Shown: positions 39,146-48,019 of the stretch, one piece after another
Numbering within the stretch: the stretch's first letter is position 1
How the letters are laid out: the number at the start of each line of letters is the position of its first letter
Source of the DNA: Candidatus Woesearchaeota archaeon
Lineage (GTDB): Archaea; Nanobdellota; Nanobdellia; Woesearchaeales; JAGVXP01
DNA length: 64,000 nucleotides
Direction of reading: 5' to 3'
NCBI GenBank assembly: GCA_018303725.1
Contig: JAGVXP010000050.1
Span: forward strand, 13,579 to 77,578
Position numbers and translations under genes: made by a program
Notes under the pieces: generated by a model
Told to the model about the DNA's origin: nothing
Database searches by the model: none
The model's input: only the letters and a program-made list of their open reading frames with translations

Positions 39146-40917
39146 GATACAACAAAAGAACATTTGACAGTGAAGCGGCTTATTATGCTAAGAGATTGGG
39201 AAAGGTTAAGGGCAAGGTTGTTTTTGTGGCTTTAGATATGGGCCAGCCAAATGCTTTTTTTTCATTAGCTCCTTTAAGCAAGGCTGTGCATGAGCTGGAA
39301 GGGGATATGCATGTTATCGTAGAGGACGATTACAACAGCTTAATTGTCTTAAAGGATGCCTGGCATGTTTATGAGGATTATTTAAAAAGGCTAAAAACAA
39401 AAAAGGTTAAGGCTTTGTTTGGTTTCATAAATTCTGTCAATAAGAGAACAAAGAAAGACGTTTTTAAGGAAATTTTTAAAGAGCCTGAAATAATCTTAAG
39501 GGCTGAAAAAGGCGGTTTTAGGGGAACAATAGGTTTAGATTATAAATATAGATGGCATAAAAGATATAAGGAAAGGGAACTTTTAGAAACAACAACAAGA
39601 ATATTAAAAGATGGCTATAACTTGAAGGAAGGGGAAAGAATTGGTATTGGATTTGTCTTAATACCAAAAGATGAGCATTTAGAGCTGCCATTGGAGGATT
39701 ACCTAGATTCTTATTCAATTTCATTGGCAACTGCCTTGGCTGCTAAAAAGCTGAAGGCAAAACCGACTTTAAGCTCCTGCACTGACAGAATTTCAGTATT
39801 AGCAAAGTCAGTAAGAACCGCCGATTTATTGATGGCATTAAGGGGATGTGAACTGGATAAAGGGGTAAATGAGGGTGTTTTTAAAAAATATAGTGTGTTA
39901 TCAAAGCTATTAAGGATAGACAGATTAAAATTCATTTCGGCAGGCTTTGGCATACATGCAAAAGGATATTATGGAAGGCATTTTTTTGGAGAGGAAATTG
40001 GATATCCTTCTTTGGATAAAAAAACAAGATGGAGTTCTCCAGGGCAGCTAATGCTCAAGGATGCATTTTCACCGCAAACGGCTTTAGAAAAAAGAGATCC
40101 TATGATGAGGTATGCTCTCACTGAAACACTGCCAATAGACATATTTATTGAAACCTGCAATATTGACTACAGCATACTAAGAAAAAGGTCAAATAAAATA
40201 AGGGATATGCTTAACAAATGTGAACATATAAGGGTTATAGGGAAAGAGATTAACGGCTATAAAACAGATTTAACGGTGAATTTGGTTGATAAAAATGGAG
40301 AAAGGTATGAGTTTATACCATCTGACTGTGATGTAAGGTCCGTAATTGAGAAAGAGCATTACAAAAAAACAGGGATAAAGGCAGGAAGCTATGCTAATTT
40401 CCCCTCTGGAGAGGCATTTGTAACCCCTGCCAGCGTCAAAGGCTTAATGATAGGCGATGTTGTCATTAATATTGACAGAAGCTATGTAATACCAGAGAGA
40501 AGCCCGATAATTGTTAAGTTTAACGGAAATGGCTATAAAGTGATTAAAGCAACTACAAAGATGCTGGGAATAATGAAGAAGGAATGGGGGGAGGCAAGGC
40601 AGAAGATAAGGGATTATGAAAAAAACAAGTCATTGCCAAAAGAGATTATAGAAATTTATAAAAGGAATTTCTGGAATATTGGGGAATTTGCTATTAACAC
40701 AAACCCCAAAGCAAAGCTTTGCAATTATTTGATTGTAAACGAGAAGATAGCTAGAATGATTCATATTGCATTGGGATCTGGCTTTGATGCAAATAGAAAA
40801 ACAATGTACCACTGGGATATTGTTGTCAACAGCCCGAGGCAGAGATTAGATATTTATGGCGTTGACAAGAATAATAAGATACATTGGGTTATAAAGAAAG
40901 GAGAGTTTGCTGTTTAA
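39142..40917 (+). CDS. M29-family aminopeptidase (AmpS/PepS-like) with ~270-aa N-terminal extension
   Basis: The C-terminal 320 aa parallel the downstream paralog: NFPSGEAFVTP, GEFAINTNPKA, HIALGSG, HWDIV. Confidence 0.55.
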   Translation: MRYNKRTFDSEAAYYAKRLGKVKGKVVFVALDMGQPNAFFSLAPLSKAVHELEGDMHVIVEDDYNSLIVLKDAWHVYEDYLKRLKTKKVKALFGFINSVNKRTKKDVFKEIFKEPEIILRAEKGGFRGTIGLDYKYRWHKRYKERELLETTTRILKDGYNLKEGERIGIGFVLIPKDEHLELPLEDYLDSYSISLATALAAKKLKAKPTLSSCTDRISVLAKSVRTADLLMALRGCELDKGVNEGVFKKYSVLSKLLRIDRLKFISAGFGIHAKGYYGRHFFGEEIGYPSLDKKTRWSSPGQLMLKDAFSPQTALEKRDPMMRYALTETLPIDIFIETCNIDYSILRKRSNKIRDMLNKCEHIRVIGKEINGYKTDLTVNLVDKNGERYEFIPSDCDVRSVIEKEHYKKTGIKAGSYANFPSGEAFVTPASVKGLMIGDVVINIDRSYVIPERSPIIVKFNGNGYKVIKATTKMLGIMKKEWGEARQKIRDYEKNKSLPKEIIEIYKRNFWNIGEFAINTNPKAKLCNYLIVNEKIARMIHIALGSGFDANRKTMYHWDIVVNSPRQRLDIYGVDKNNKIHWVIKKGEFAV

Positions 40918-41875
40918 GATGGGTAAGCTGGAAAGGGCTGCTGATTTAGTTCTGAAGAAATGCATGGGGTTAAAGCCAAAGGAAAACTTGTTGATTATTG
41001 TTGATAAAAGAAAAAGGAAGATTGGAAAATTATTTCTAAAGCAAGGAAAGAAAACAGCAAAAAAAGCTAAGCTGCTGGAAATCCCTGTTGGAAAAGTCAA
41101 TGGTGAAGAGCCACCAAAAAAAGCAGCAAAAGAAATGATTAAGTATGATGTTGAACTGCTGATAACAACCAAGTCCTTAACGCATACAAAAGCAAGAAAA
41201 AATGCCTCTAAAACTGGCGCAAGAATTGCCACTCTGCCAGATATAACTGAATCCATGATGAAAAGGGCAATAAATGTTGATTACAATAGAATCCAAAAAC
41301 TAAGCAAAAAAATAGCTGATGTTATTGACAGGGGCAAAACAATACGAGTTTTAACAAAAAAAGGCACAGACATCATCTTTTATGTAAAAGGAAGAAAATC
41401 TCATGGAAGAGGCGGAGGCATCTTGACTAAAAAAGGAAAATTTGGCAATCTGCCTTCAGGAGAGGCATTTATCGCTCCGGTTGAAAACAAAACAAGCGGA
41501 ATTTACATTGTAGACGCTTCTTTAGGCGGCATCGGAAAGGTTGACATGCCAGTTAGGGTATTGGTAAAGAATGGCTGTGTAATAAAAATAACGGGCAAAA
41601 AATCAGCAAAAGAACTCAATAAACTTTTAAAAGGGGCTGGAAAAAGGGCAAGAGTTATAGCAGAGTTGGGCATAGGCACGAATTATAAGGCTAAACTAAC
41701 AGGAAATCTGCTTGAAGACGAAAAGGCAATTGGCACCTGCCATATAGCCTTAGGCGATAACACCGGCTTTGGCGGAAAAAACGAGGTCCCTTTGCATATA
41801 GATGGGGTCATCAAAAAGCCGACAATATTCGTAGACAATAGAAAAATAATGGATAACGGGAAATTGGTAATTTAA
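40907..41875 (+). CDS. M29-family aminopeptidase (AmpS/PepS-like), short form
   Basis: NLPSGEAFIAPVEN, ELGIGTNYKA, CHIALGDN, PLHIDGV motifs. Confidence 0.6.
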   Translation: MLFKMGKLERAADLVLKKCMGLKPKENLLIIVDKRKRKIGKLFLKQGKKTAKKAKLLEIPVGKVNGEEPPKKAAKEMIKYDVELLITTKSLTHTKARKNASKTGARIATLPDITESMMKRAINVDYNRIQKLSKKIADVIDRGKTIRVLTKKGTDIIFYVKGRKSHGRGGGILTKKGKFGNLPSGEAFIAPVENKTSGIYIVDASLGGIGKVDMPVRVLVKNGCVIKITGKKSAKELNKLLKGAGKRARVIAELGIGTNYKAKLTGNLLEDEKAIGTCHIALGDNTGFGGKNEVPLHIDGVIKKPTIFVDNRKIMDNGKLVI

Positions 41876-41909
41876 TGCAAAAGCTTTTTAAATACGATTA
41901 TTTTTCTTA

Positions 41910-43067
41910 ATGACTATGACAACTAATGATAAGGATAAAAGCATACTAGATTCTGTTATTTATAAGTATAGCGTTAGTAACAGCCAAGTAGAGGAGGAGA
42001 ACAAAATATTAAAAGAGACTGTGGATAAGCTAAGAGAAGAATTAGAAAATACAAAAAGGCCCCCATTAATGGTATGTGAGGTGATGGATGTCAATGAAAA
42101 AGAGGCCATTATACAGATACCTAATGGAAACCAATTTTCTGTAAACATTTCAAGTTCATGTGAAAAATTAAAGGCTGGAGATAGCATACTCTGTGAACAA
42201 AAAAATCTGACCATTATCAAAAAAATACCCATAACGAGGAAATTTAATGTTGAGAAATTTGTTATAATGGAAAAACCAACAACAACATGGAAAGATATAG
42301 GCGGTCTAGACTTGCAAGTTAATGAGATAAAAGAGGTTGTTGAACTGCCATTAAAAAGGCCGGAATTATTCAGGAAAGTGGGCATAAAACCACCAAAAGG
42401 AATCTTGCTTTATGGTCCTCCGGGAACCGGAAAAACCCTATTGGCAAAAGCTGTTGCAAACAGTACAAACTCAACATTTATAGAGGTGGTTGGTTCCGAA
42501 TTAGTGCAAAAATTCATTGGTGAGGGGGCTAAATTGGTAAAGGAAATGTTTGAATTGGCAAGAAAAAAAGCGCCAAGTATAGTCTTCATTGACGAACTGG
42601 ATGCTCTAGCAGCAACAAGAATGGAGATAGGCACTAGTGGAGAAAGGGAAGTGAATAGAACATTTATGCAATTATTGGCAGAATTGGATGGTTTTGAACC
42701 TTTGGATAATGTTAAAATAATAGGCGCCACAAACAGAAAGGATATCTTAGACCCAGCTGTTATAAGGCCAGGCAGGTTAGACAGGTTAATTTATGTCCCT
42801 ATACCAACAAAAGAGGCAAGAGTGGAAATTTTCAAGATCCATTGCAAAGATATGACTTTTGATAAGGGGATTAACATAAAGAGTGTAGTAGAAAAAATGG
42901 AAAACTTTTCTGGAGCAGAAATCCACGCTGTTTGCACAGAAGCTGGTTATTTTGCAATAAGGAATAATAGGACTAAGGTAATTAAAGATGATTTTAATAA
43001 GGCAATAGAGAAGGTTAAGAAGGGAGAGGAATTGGAAGGGAAAGATTATTTGAGGTATTTTGGGTAA
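41910..43067 (+). CDS. pan: Proteasome-activating nucleotidase (PAN, AAA+ ATPase)
   Basis: N-terminal coiled coil, then Walker A GPPGTGKTLLAKAVA, Walker B IVFIDELDA, and second region of homology. Confidence 0.85.
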   Translation: MTMTTNDKDKSILDSVIYKYSVSNSQVEEENKILKETVDKLREELENTKRPPLMVCEVMDVNEKEAIIQIPNGNQFSVNISSSCEKLKAGDSILCEQKNLTIIKKIPITRKFNVEKFVIMEKPTTTWKDIGGLDLQVNEIKEVVELPLKRPELFRKVGIKPPKGILLYGPPGTGKTLLAKAVANSTNSTFIEVVGSELVQKFIGEGAKLVKEMFELARKKAPSIVFIDELDALAATRMEIGTSGEREVNRTFMQLLAELDGFEPLDNVKIIGATNRKDILDPAVIRPGRLDRLIYVPIPTKEARVEIFKIHCKDMTFDKGINIKSVVEKMENFSGAEIHAVCTEAGYFAIRNNRTKVIKDDFNKAIEKVKKGEELEGKDYLRYFG

Positions 43068-43107
43068 AAATATTTAATAACATTTTTATATTACTTCTTC
43101 AATTAGT

Positions 43108-44613
43108 TTGATTATGATTGAGTTAATATTTTTAATAAAGCTAATTGTTGCAGTTTCAGTGGTGCTTATTCTTTCTTTAATTGCTGAATACACAAGCCCT
43201 AAAGTTGCTGGACTTATATCTGGCTATCCAACAGGAACGGCTATTATCTTATTCTTTTTTGGGCTAGAGATAAGCCCGCAGTTTGCATCAAATAGCGCAT
43301 TATACAATATGGTGGGAATAGTTGCTATGCAATCTTTTCTTTATTTTTATTATAAATCATCCCTATATTTTAAGAAATTCAATATCCTATTGTCTTCGTT
43401 AACAGCAATTGCAGGGTATTTCGTTGCAATATTGGCGTTACACTTCATTAAAACTAACAAGATTATCTCTACCCTTATTGCTACAGCGTCAATTTTCTTG
43501 TTTTTTTATCTGTTTAGAAAAATAAAAGATGTAAAGATAGAGCATATAATGGACTTAAAACATCTGAATTTTAACACTGTTCTATTTCGGGCTTTACTTG
43601 CTGCAGCCATTATCCTGGCAATAACATGGGTTGCTAAATTCGTTGGTCCTAGTTGGGCAGGTTTATTTTCTGCTTTTCCTACCACATTGTTCCCGTTTAT
43701 ATTAATTGTGCATTCCACTTACAGTAAGAAGCACGTTCACACCATAATAAAGAATGTTCCAGTTGGCCTAGGGGCCCTTATAGCATATTCTTTGACTATT
43801 TCAATAACATACCCCTTATTTGGGATTTATATCGGAACATTACTGTCTTTTTTTGCTGCAGCCATTTATTTGCTTTCTTATACATCTATTAAAAACCGAT
43901 TGCAAAAGAAAGAGTTGCTGGGGGTTTTGGGGGGATTAGGACCAGAAAGCACTATTGAGTTCTATCGTTTTCTTATAAAATTAATGCCTGTTAAAAGAGA
44001 GCAAGACCATCTTCAGGTGCTTATATATTCAAACCCAAAAGTTCCAGATAGAACAGCTTCAATTTTAGGAAAAAAATATAGATCAGTTTTAGATGAGGAA
44101 GTGGCCTCATGCAAGCATTTGAAAAAAGCAGGAGCAACCAGGATGGTTGTTGTGTGCAATACCTCCCATTTTTATCTATCCCACCTTAGAAAGAGAGTTG
44201 GTTTGCCTTTTATAAGTTTAATTGAAGAAACTTCTAACGAGCTTGTGAGGAATAAAGCTAGGACCGTACTCCTTCTAGCTACAACAGGCACTGTTAAATC
44301 AAATACATATCAAGATGTTCTTGAAAGAACCAACATAAAGGTTTTTTTGCCTGATAAAAAAGACCAAGAGAGAATAATGGATATAGTTTATGGCGTTAAG
44401 CTGAAAGGGGTTAATGCAAAACACAAGCAAGCACTTCAAAAAATAATCAACAAATTTTCAAAAAAGACCAGTCATATAATTCTTGGATGCACTGAATTGG
44501 CTTTAGTGATGAAAAAAGTTTCTATGAGAGGAAAGCATCTATACGACCCTTTGAAGATTGTGGCTACTGAAGTTATAAAGGATACGTTAAGAAAACAGGC
44601 GAAAGGTAATTAA
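43108..44613 (+). CDS. Fusion protein: N-terminal ~8-TM membrane domain + C-terminal aspartate/glutamate-racemase-family domain
   Basis: Residues ~1-260 are hydrophobic helices. The C-terminus carries Asp-racemase motifs LGGLGPESTIEFY, VVVCNTSHFY, ILGCTELALV (both catalytic Cys). Confidence 0.6.
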   Translation: MIMIELIFLIKLIVAVSVVLILSLIAEYTSPKVAGLISGYPTGTAIILFFFGLEISPQFASNSALYNMVGIVAMQSFLYFYYKSSLYFKKFNILLSSLTAIAGYFVAILALHFIKTNKIISTLIATASIFLFFYLFRKIKDVKIEHIMDLKHLNFNTVLFRALLAAAIILAITWVAKFVGPSWAGLFSAFPTTLFPFILIVHSTYSKKHVHTIIKNVPVGLGALIAYSLTISITYPLFGIYIGTLLSFFAAAIYLLSYTSIKNRLQKKELLGVLGGLGPESTIEFYRFLIKLMPVKREQDHLQVLIYSNPKVPDRTASILGKKYRSVLDEEVASCKHLKKAGATRMVVVCNTSHFYLSHLRKRVGLPFISLIEETSNELVRNKARTVLLLATTGTVKSNTYQDVLERTNIKVFLPDKKDQERIMDIVYGVKLKGVNAKHKQALQKIINKFSKKTSHIILGCTELALVMKKVSMRGKHLYDPLKIVATEVIKDTLRKQAKGN

Positions 44614-44636
44614 AAAATCTCTTTTTATAAAATACC

Positions 44637-45581
44637 TTATAGTTGGTCTTGTGAGCTTCTCATAGGCTTTAATTCAATCTTATGTGCAACAACACCAAAG
44701 TTTTCTGGTAAAGGTTTTGCTGAAGCATAAAGCAGAACTGGATAAATCCCATCACCCTTTCTTGTGGAAGCTAATTCACCATGTATGAATTGTGTTAAAA
44801 TATTAGCATTGTCTATTAAGATAACATCATTTAATATTTCTCCTCTCCCGCCAGTAAGAAGAGTATACACTTGAGAAAAAGACATACCTTCTTTTTTTCC
44901 ATTTGGAGTATTGATAATACCTCCGGTTACCCTACTGTTTAGATCCTTAGCGTTAAATAAATCGCTAACAGAACTCCCATGTTCATAAACTCTTGATGAC
45001 AATATTTTGAGATATGTTGTTCTACCTGAAGTGTTGTCTCCTACTAGGTTTACCACCACTGGCGAATCTGGTCTTGGAGCGACTATTTTTTTTAATTTTT
45101 TAATCATTTCTTGATAAACTTCATTATTATGTTTTTCAGTTTTTGTTAAAGGCGTATCTGCTTTAAAATGGTCATCAAAGTATGCAGGAGCTAAATTTAA
45201 TTCAAAATCAACGTCAAATAAATTTCTAAGTAATCTAGTGGAATAAGCAGTAACAAACTTATGGGGCAGACCTTCTGCTTTGGATAACCCCATATGATGG
45301 GCAGCAGCCATTAGTACGTCTGAAGCATCTTTATAGTCTAAGAAGCCAACAGCATCTACATTCCTGTGTAGGAATACTACTTTTTTATCTCTTCGGGAAT
45401 CTATAAACTCTTTTATTTCTTTATATAGCTTAGTGTAGGGGTTATCTTTTTTTTCAAAGTCAATTAAAACTACTTCACAATCAGCTGGAGCTTCTTGTGC
45501 ACTATGCTCAATTTGAGATAATTCTGGCTTAGATACTCTAAATTCAGTTCCTTGCTGATTCAATATATCCTCTATATTCAT
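44637..45581 (-). CDS. Hypothetical protein with degenerate P-loop-like motif
   Basis: 314 aa, not lysine-rich like its neighbours. Motif VVVNLVGDNTSGRTTYL (GxxxxGR[ST]). Preceded by SD GAGGTGA. No family assignable. Confidence 0.35.
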   Translation of the reverse strand: MNIEDILNQQGTEFRVSKPELSQIEHSAQEAPADCEVVLIDFEKKDNPYTKLYKEIKEFIDSRRDKKVVFLHRNVDAVGFLDYKDASDVLMAAAHHMGLSKAEGLPHKFVTAYSTRLLRNLFDVDFELNLAPAYFDDHFKADTPLTKTEKHNNEVYQEMIKKLKKIVAPRPDSPVVVNLVGDNTSGRTTYLKILSSRVYEHGSSVSDLFNAKDLNSRVTGGIINTPNGKKEGMSFSQVYTLLTGGRGEILNDVILIDNANILTQFIHGELASTRKGDGIYPVLLYASAKPLPENFGVVAHKIELKPMRSSQDQL

Positions 45582-45699
45582 TTTATCACCTCTAATTTCA
45601 TTCCTCCTCTGATTGATATAAAGAAGTTATATTTAAATCTTTCGGTTTTTTACTACCTATTGGTGGTTACATAAGATAATAGCGGAAGTCGTAATTTTC

Positions 45700-46075
45700 G
45701 TTCTATTTTTCCCATTCCAAAAAAACAACAATAATGGCTTCGGACGGTCTCGCGGAAAACACCATAAATTTGCTTCGCAAATTTAATGTTGACGCTCGAC
45801 CTACTCGCCACTCCGACGGAGCCGACCCTCGGCTCGCCCTCGCCATTGTTGTTTTTTGGATATGATACTGCCCTATATTGAAGTCCAATTTAGAACGTTA
45901 TCTATGTCCTTGGCTAAAATAGAATTCTAAAAATAAGCGCACGCTCAGCAGTTACTTCCGTTCTTCATCCTTGAATAAAAGTGGTGTGCGCTCGGCAGTT
46001 ACTTTCCGTCAGTCATCGCCTTTCGGCTACTAGGGTGTTCACTTCTCTCATTGCACACACCAAAATAACCAGAAT
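45700..46075. ncRNA. GC-rich, highly structured non-coding segment of unknown class (candidate ncRNA or foreign-DNA remnant)
   Basis: Local GC far above the genome background. An 18-bp long-range helix (45717-45737 / 45841-45858). Hairpins with cUUCGg (45737-42), a UUCG-containing loop (45765-45783), GAGCCG-ACCCT-CGGCTC (45818-34), and GCC-GAAA-GGC on the minus strand. About 20-nt direct repeat GCTCrGCAGTTACTTyCCGT x2. Confidence 0.3.
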
Positions 46076-46080
46076 ACAAA

Positions 46081-47142
46081 TTAGTTTATAAGTTTATCTC
46101 TCTTTAAAAGAGATTCCAGTACCTCTTGTTTTTCAGAAGCATAGGCAAATCCTATTTTATTATAAAATTTTAATAAATTATCTTTCCCTTTGATATAGAA
46201 TCTTCCGCAAAATTCCCTTTCTTTTTGTTTACGTAATTGTATATAGGATGTTGTGATACCAAAATAAGCTAACATAGTCCTTATTTGATTCAGAAATTCT
46301 AATAAATTTGTAACATATTCTTCAGTTTTAGATAATACAAATTGAATTCTCCACCTATTATTTTGTGGTTTTGAACCTTCATTTCCATAAATGATTGACA
46401 AAAATATTCTTTTAAATTCTTCTGGTCCGTTATAAATCCACTTTGGAATTAAAAACGGCTTAAACACCTTATTGCCAGTTGGTACACCCAGATAATTTAT
46501 TAACTTGGCAAATTCTTTACTACAAAGATTAATTGTAAAACAATAAGATTTGTATTCAAGAGTTGGGTTTTCATGTGGAAAAATAGAATTGAAACCTGAT
46601 TTAAATAATTTGGCATCTTCTTTTTGATTAAAATAATATTGAACATGTTGTAAATTTTTTCTGATATGGCCATCACACATTACAAAGCCTATATTAGCTA
46701 CTAAGAAATTTAAAACTTTATTATTATAGAAATAATCTAGCCCATATTTTTTAATAAAATCAAAATCTTTTATTTTAGAGAAGTTTAATTTGTTACTGAT
46801 AGATAATTTTTCAAATTTATTTTGAGTAATCAATCTCAAAATTCTTTCATTATCCCCGAAATCGTAAGGTAATAAATAATTTTTGTAAATTTCATCTATT
46901 TTTTTCTTGTTCATGGCACTATAAGAATAACCTGAGTTTAATTGTGTTGGTGTTCTACTAAGTTTGTTCTTAATATGCAATCTTGAGACCACAGTAGATG
47001 TGTAAAAATTGTTAATTTTGTCTTGGTATAGGTTATTAAAAATAGCTTGTATTTTCCTTATATTAAAGATGGTGTCTGGGTTGGATCTAAAAATATTAAA
47101 AATCCGCTGAGTTTTTGAATTTTTTTGGTTGTTTGAGTTCAT
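46081..47142 (-). CDS. Free-standing double-motif LAGLIDADG-type homing endonuclease (putative)
   Basis: Motif 1 FLVANIGFVMCDGHI is followed by YYFNQKEDAKLFKSGFNSIF. Motif 2 FLSIIYGNEGS is followed by LLEFLNQIRTMLAYFGITTSYIQ. Both are arranged as in monomeric LAGLIDADG enzymes. Own TATA and GGTGAT SD upstream. Confidence 0.5.
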   Translation of the reverse strand: MNSNNQKNSKTQRIFNIFRSNPDTIFNIRKIQAIFNNLYQDKINNFYTSTVVSRLHIKNKLSRTPTQLNSGYSYSAMNKKKIDEIYKNYLLPYDFGDNERILRLITQNKFEKLSISNKLNFSKIKDFDFIKKYGLDYFYNNKVLNFLVANIGFVMCDGHIRKNLQHVQYYFNQKEDAKLFKSGFNSIFPHENPTLEYKSYCFTINLCSKEFAKLINYLGVPTGNKVFKPFLIPKWIYNGPEEFKRIFLSIIYGNEGSKPQNNRWRIQFVLSKTEEYVTNLLEFLNQIRTMLAYFGITTSYIQLRKQKEREFCGRFYIKGKDNLLKFYNKIGFAYASEKQEVLESLLKRDKLIN

Positions 47143-47268
47143 TTGAAATCACCAAATTATATTTTATTTTGGATTTTAAATTGAATGAAAATATCCAAGA
47201 AGAAGTTCTACTTTATATATCTCACGCACGAGGATGTCCAGTGATCAGTGGTAAGCTAATCATTATAT

Positions 47269-48018
47269 TTACATTATCTTAAAATCGGCGCAAACCCTAT
47301 AAATCCCTGGCCCAAACTGCCCGCATTTTACCAATTTTAAAATCTTGTATTTTTTCTTGGCTTTAGAGCAAGCCTTGCCTATCTTTTCTTTGGCTAGGTT
47401 AAAATCCTTTTCATTCAAAAAATCGTAAAAATGCATTATTGTCCCTTTCTTGGCAGCTTTTAAAGCAACGCCTAAAAAATTCTCTCCGCCCTTTGGCAGA
47501 GGCATCAGGATTCTATCGAATTTCTTCTTTAGCTTTGGAACAACCTTTTTAACATCGCCTTTAAACAGTTTAACATTCCCAACCTTATTCAATTCAGCAT
47601 TTTCCAATGCATATTTATGTGCTATAGGATTGATTTCTATCCCATACACTATCTTTGGTTTAGAATTCTTAGCAATAACCAATGGATAAACACCAACACC
47701 GGAAAACATAACTAAAACAGACTCATTTTCTTTAACTAATTTAGCTATCCTTAGCCTTTCATTAGCCAGCCTTGGGGAAAAATAGCATTTTTCAACATCT
47801 AATTTCAACCTAGCATTATTTTCCTTGTATTCTGTTTCTTTTCTTTTTTCCCCAGCTATAACCTTTAGTTTTGGCAGCCTGTATCTGCCGGAGTATTTTT
47901 TTGTTTTTTTGCAGACTACTTTTAAGTTATTATGCTCTTTCAGCAAAGCCTCTGCTTCTTTTTTTGATATATCCGTCTGGAATATTGCTATATCCCCCAC
48001 TATATCAAAAGAGGCCAT
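47269..48018 (-). CDS. Trm5/Tyw2 (Met-10+) family tRNA methyltransferase
   Basis: Class I SAM MTase core VLVMFSGVGVYPLVIA, DRILMPLP with a Met-10+ type N-terminus (FDIVGDIAI). Confidence 0.7.
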   Translation of the reverse strand: MASFDIVGDIAIFQTDISKKEAEALLKEHNNLKVVCKKTKKYSGRYRLPKLKVIAGEKRKETEYKENNARLKLDVEKCYFSPRLANERLRIAKLVKENESVLVMFSGVGVYPLVIAKNSKPKIVYGIEINPIAHKYALENAELNKVGNVKLFKGDVKKVVPKLKKKFDRILMPLPKGGENFLGVALKAAKKGTIMHFYDFLNEKDFNLAKEKIGKACSKAKKKYKILKLVKCGQFGPGIYRVCADFKIM

Positions 48019-48019
48019 T

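Noticed and set aside
45703-45888. 61-aa ORF inside the GC-rich segment (minus strand)
   Set aside because: It has an Arg/Ala/Ser-rich composition produced by GC-rich sequence, no SD and no homology. It is most likely a by-product of the structured non-coding region.
45935-46060. Possibility that the GC-rich block is a fragment of 23S rRNA (the minus strand has GGATGAAGAACGGAAG..CTGCTGAGCG, reminiscent of the 23S 5' region GATGAAGGACGTG..CTGCGATAAGC)
   Set aside because: The resemblance is limited to ~20 scattered positions. No other universal 23S or 16S blocks are present. The segment is bounded by protein genes only ~400 nt apart, so it cannot be an rRNA gene.
45700-46075. RNase P RNA, SRP RNA, tRNA or a group I/II intron core as the identity of the structured segment
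   Set aside because: I could not find the universal P4 strands (AGGAAAGUCC...CGGCUUA in the correct order), the SRP helix-8 motifs, a T-loop GGTTCGAAT or group I P7/Q-R-S elements by eye. This is left as an unknown class pending covariance-model search.
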